Shown here: positions 63,041-64,000 of the stretch, piece by piece | How the letters are laid out: the number at the start of each line of letters is the position of its first letter | Numbering within the stretch: the first letter of the stretch is position 1 | Source: Sphyrna mokarran | Taxonomy: Eukaryota | Assembly: GCA_024679065.1 (NCBI GenBank) | Contig: JAGIQG010000012.1 | Coordinates: 54,498,001-54,562,000, forward strand | Length of the DNA stretch: 64,000 bases | Direction: 5' to 3' | Notes under the pieces: model-generated | Told to the model about the DNA's origin: nothing | The model's input: the letters and a program-made list of their open reading frames with translations, nothing else | The model's database searches: none | Position numbers and translations under genes: made by a program

Positions 63041-64000
63041 GATTTCGATGGTATTTGCAAATCAGGATGGCATTAGGCCAATCTGCCAACTTATCAGTAG
63101 AGAAAATACAGGCATAACTAAAGGTATTATCTTTAGATAATGCCTTACCTGCTGGAGACCTTCGTACTCATGTAGCAAAGCTGACGAAAAGTTATCAACC
63201 AATCAAAAACCAAGATGAGATCAAAGGCAGGATTTTTTAGTCCACCCGAGGACCTTTCAATTGTCCATCAAATTACCCACCTCATTCCCTGTGGCATCAC
63301 TACATGTCGCTAAAGGATCACCAGATTACTTCAAACAAAGGTTTCATTCTTTTAAATAATTCTTTGAAATGTTTTACGCCTTCGTGCCTACTATCACATC
63401 ATAACATGTTCAAAGTCAAATTGCCTTGTGATGTCAAGTACAAATTGTTAAATACCGTGGAATTATAGATGGTTTGTTCAGTTCTAGAGAACTAAAATCA
63501 TGTCACATTTTGCTCACGATGGTAGGGATAGCTGATGAGAATAACTACTCTTGATGACTACTGGAGCACTTCGCATGACAAGTTACCTTCACAAATAATT
63601 TTCTCCTGTCAATGAATATTGCTGTAATTCCCATGTTCAGCTGTAGTTACAAATAAAATATAACCTGCCAATGTTTTACATTTTTTGAGATGATGTCGTA
63701 TTGCTGGATTAAAGCTTAAATTAGACTATGAAGATATTTTAGTACAGCTACAACAGGTACTTAAGTCACCTGCGGAATTTTTAGCACACCCTGTTGCATG
63801 TTTCTCAACAGCAGGATGTAGCCCACCATTAGTCAATGGTGGGATCTTCTGGTCTCACTGGTGTCAATGGGATCAACCCATTGAATCTATCACTTGCCTT
63901 GGGAAAACCACGCCAGCGGCAGGACCCGAAAGTAATTGTGTGAGAATGGGAGGAGGGAATGGATAGATAGAAAGTGGCTCAGGCGAGTACAGTCCTATCC

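Larger units (their letters stand above)
31859..64000 (-). other. ESRRG: ESRRG upstream intron (partial)
   Basis: I could not find the preceding exon (ending ...WAKHIP) by eye in this span. Long introns are typical of this gene. A short exon could have been missed. Confidence 0.75.

Overview
Eukaryotic (vertebrate) genomic DNA, almost certainly a shark, inferred from HE1/V-SINEs, Deu-domain SINEs, and CR1, Penelope and Harbinger repeats. The only host gene recognised is the 3' end of ESRRG (estrogen-related receptor gamma) on the minus strand. It has two coding exons (31858-31589 and 27938-27694, ligand-binding domain/AF-2), a ~2.8 kb transposon-free 3'UTR ending near an ATTAAA at ~24930, and an upstream intron of at least 32 kb that runs off the right end. 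The rest is intergenic or intronic DNA rich in decayed, often nested transposons, with repeat-free AT-rich blocks that may be conserved enhancers. Most ORF-track entries are chance ORFs or TE remnants. Best leads: (1) the ESRRG stop lies in the UGA-CUAG readthrough context with a 26-residue extension ending in a basic patch; (2) fold-back Penelope-type elements carrying hammerhead-ribozyme-like cores; (3) two-gene Harbinger fossils and multi-level nested insertions. Repeat names come from recalled consensus motifs, not database searches, and repeat boundaries are approximate unless a TSD is quoted.
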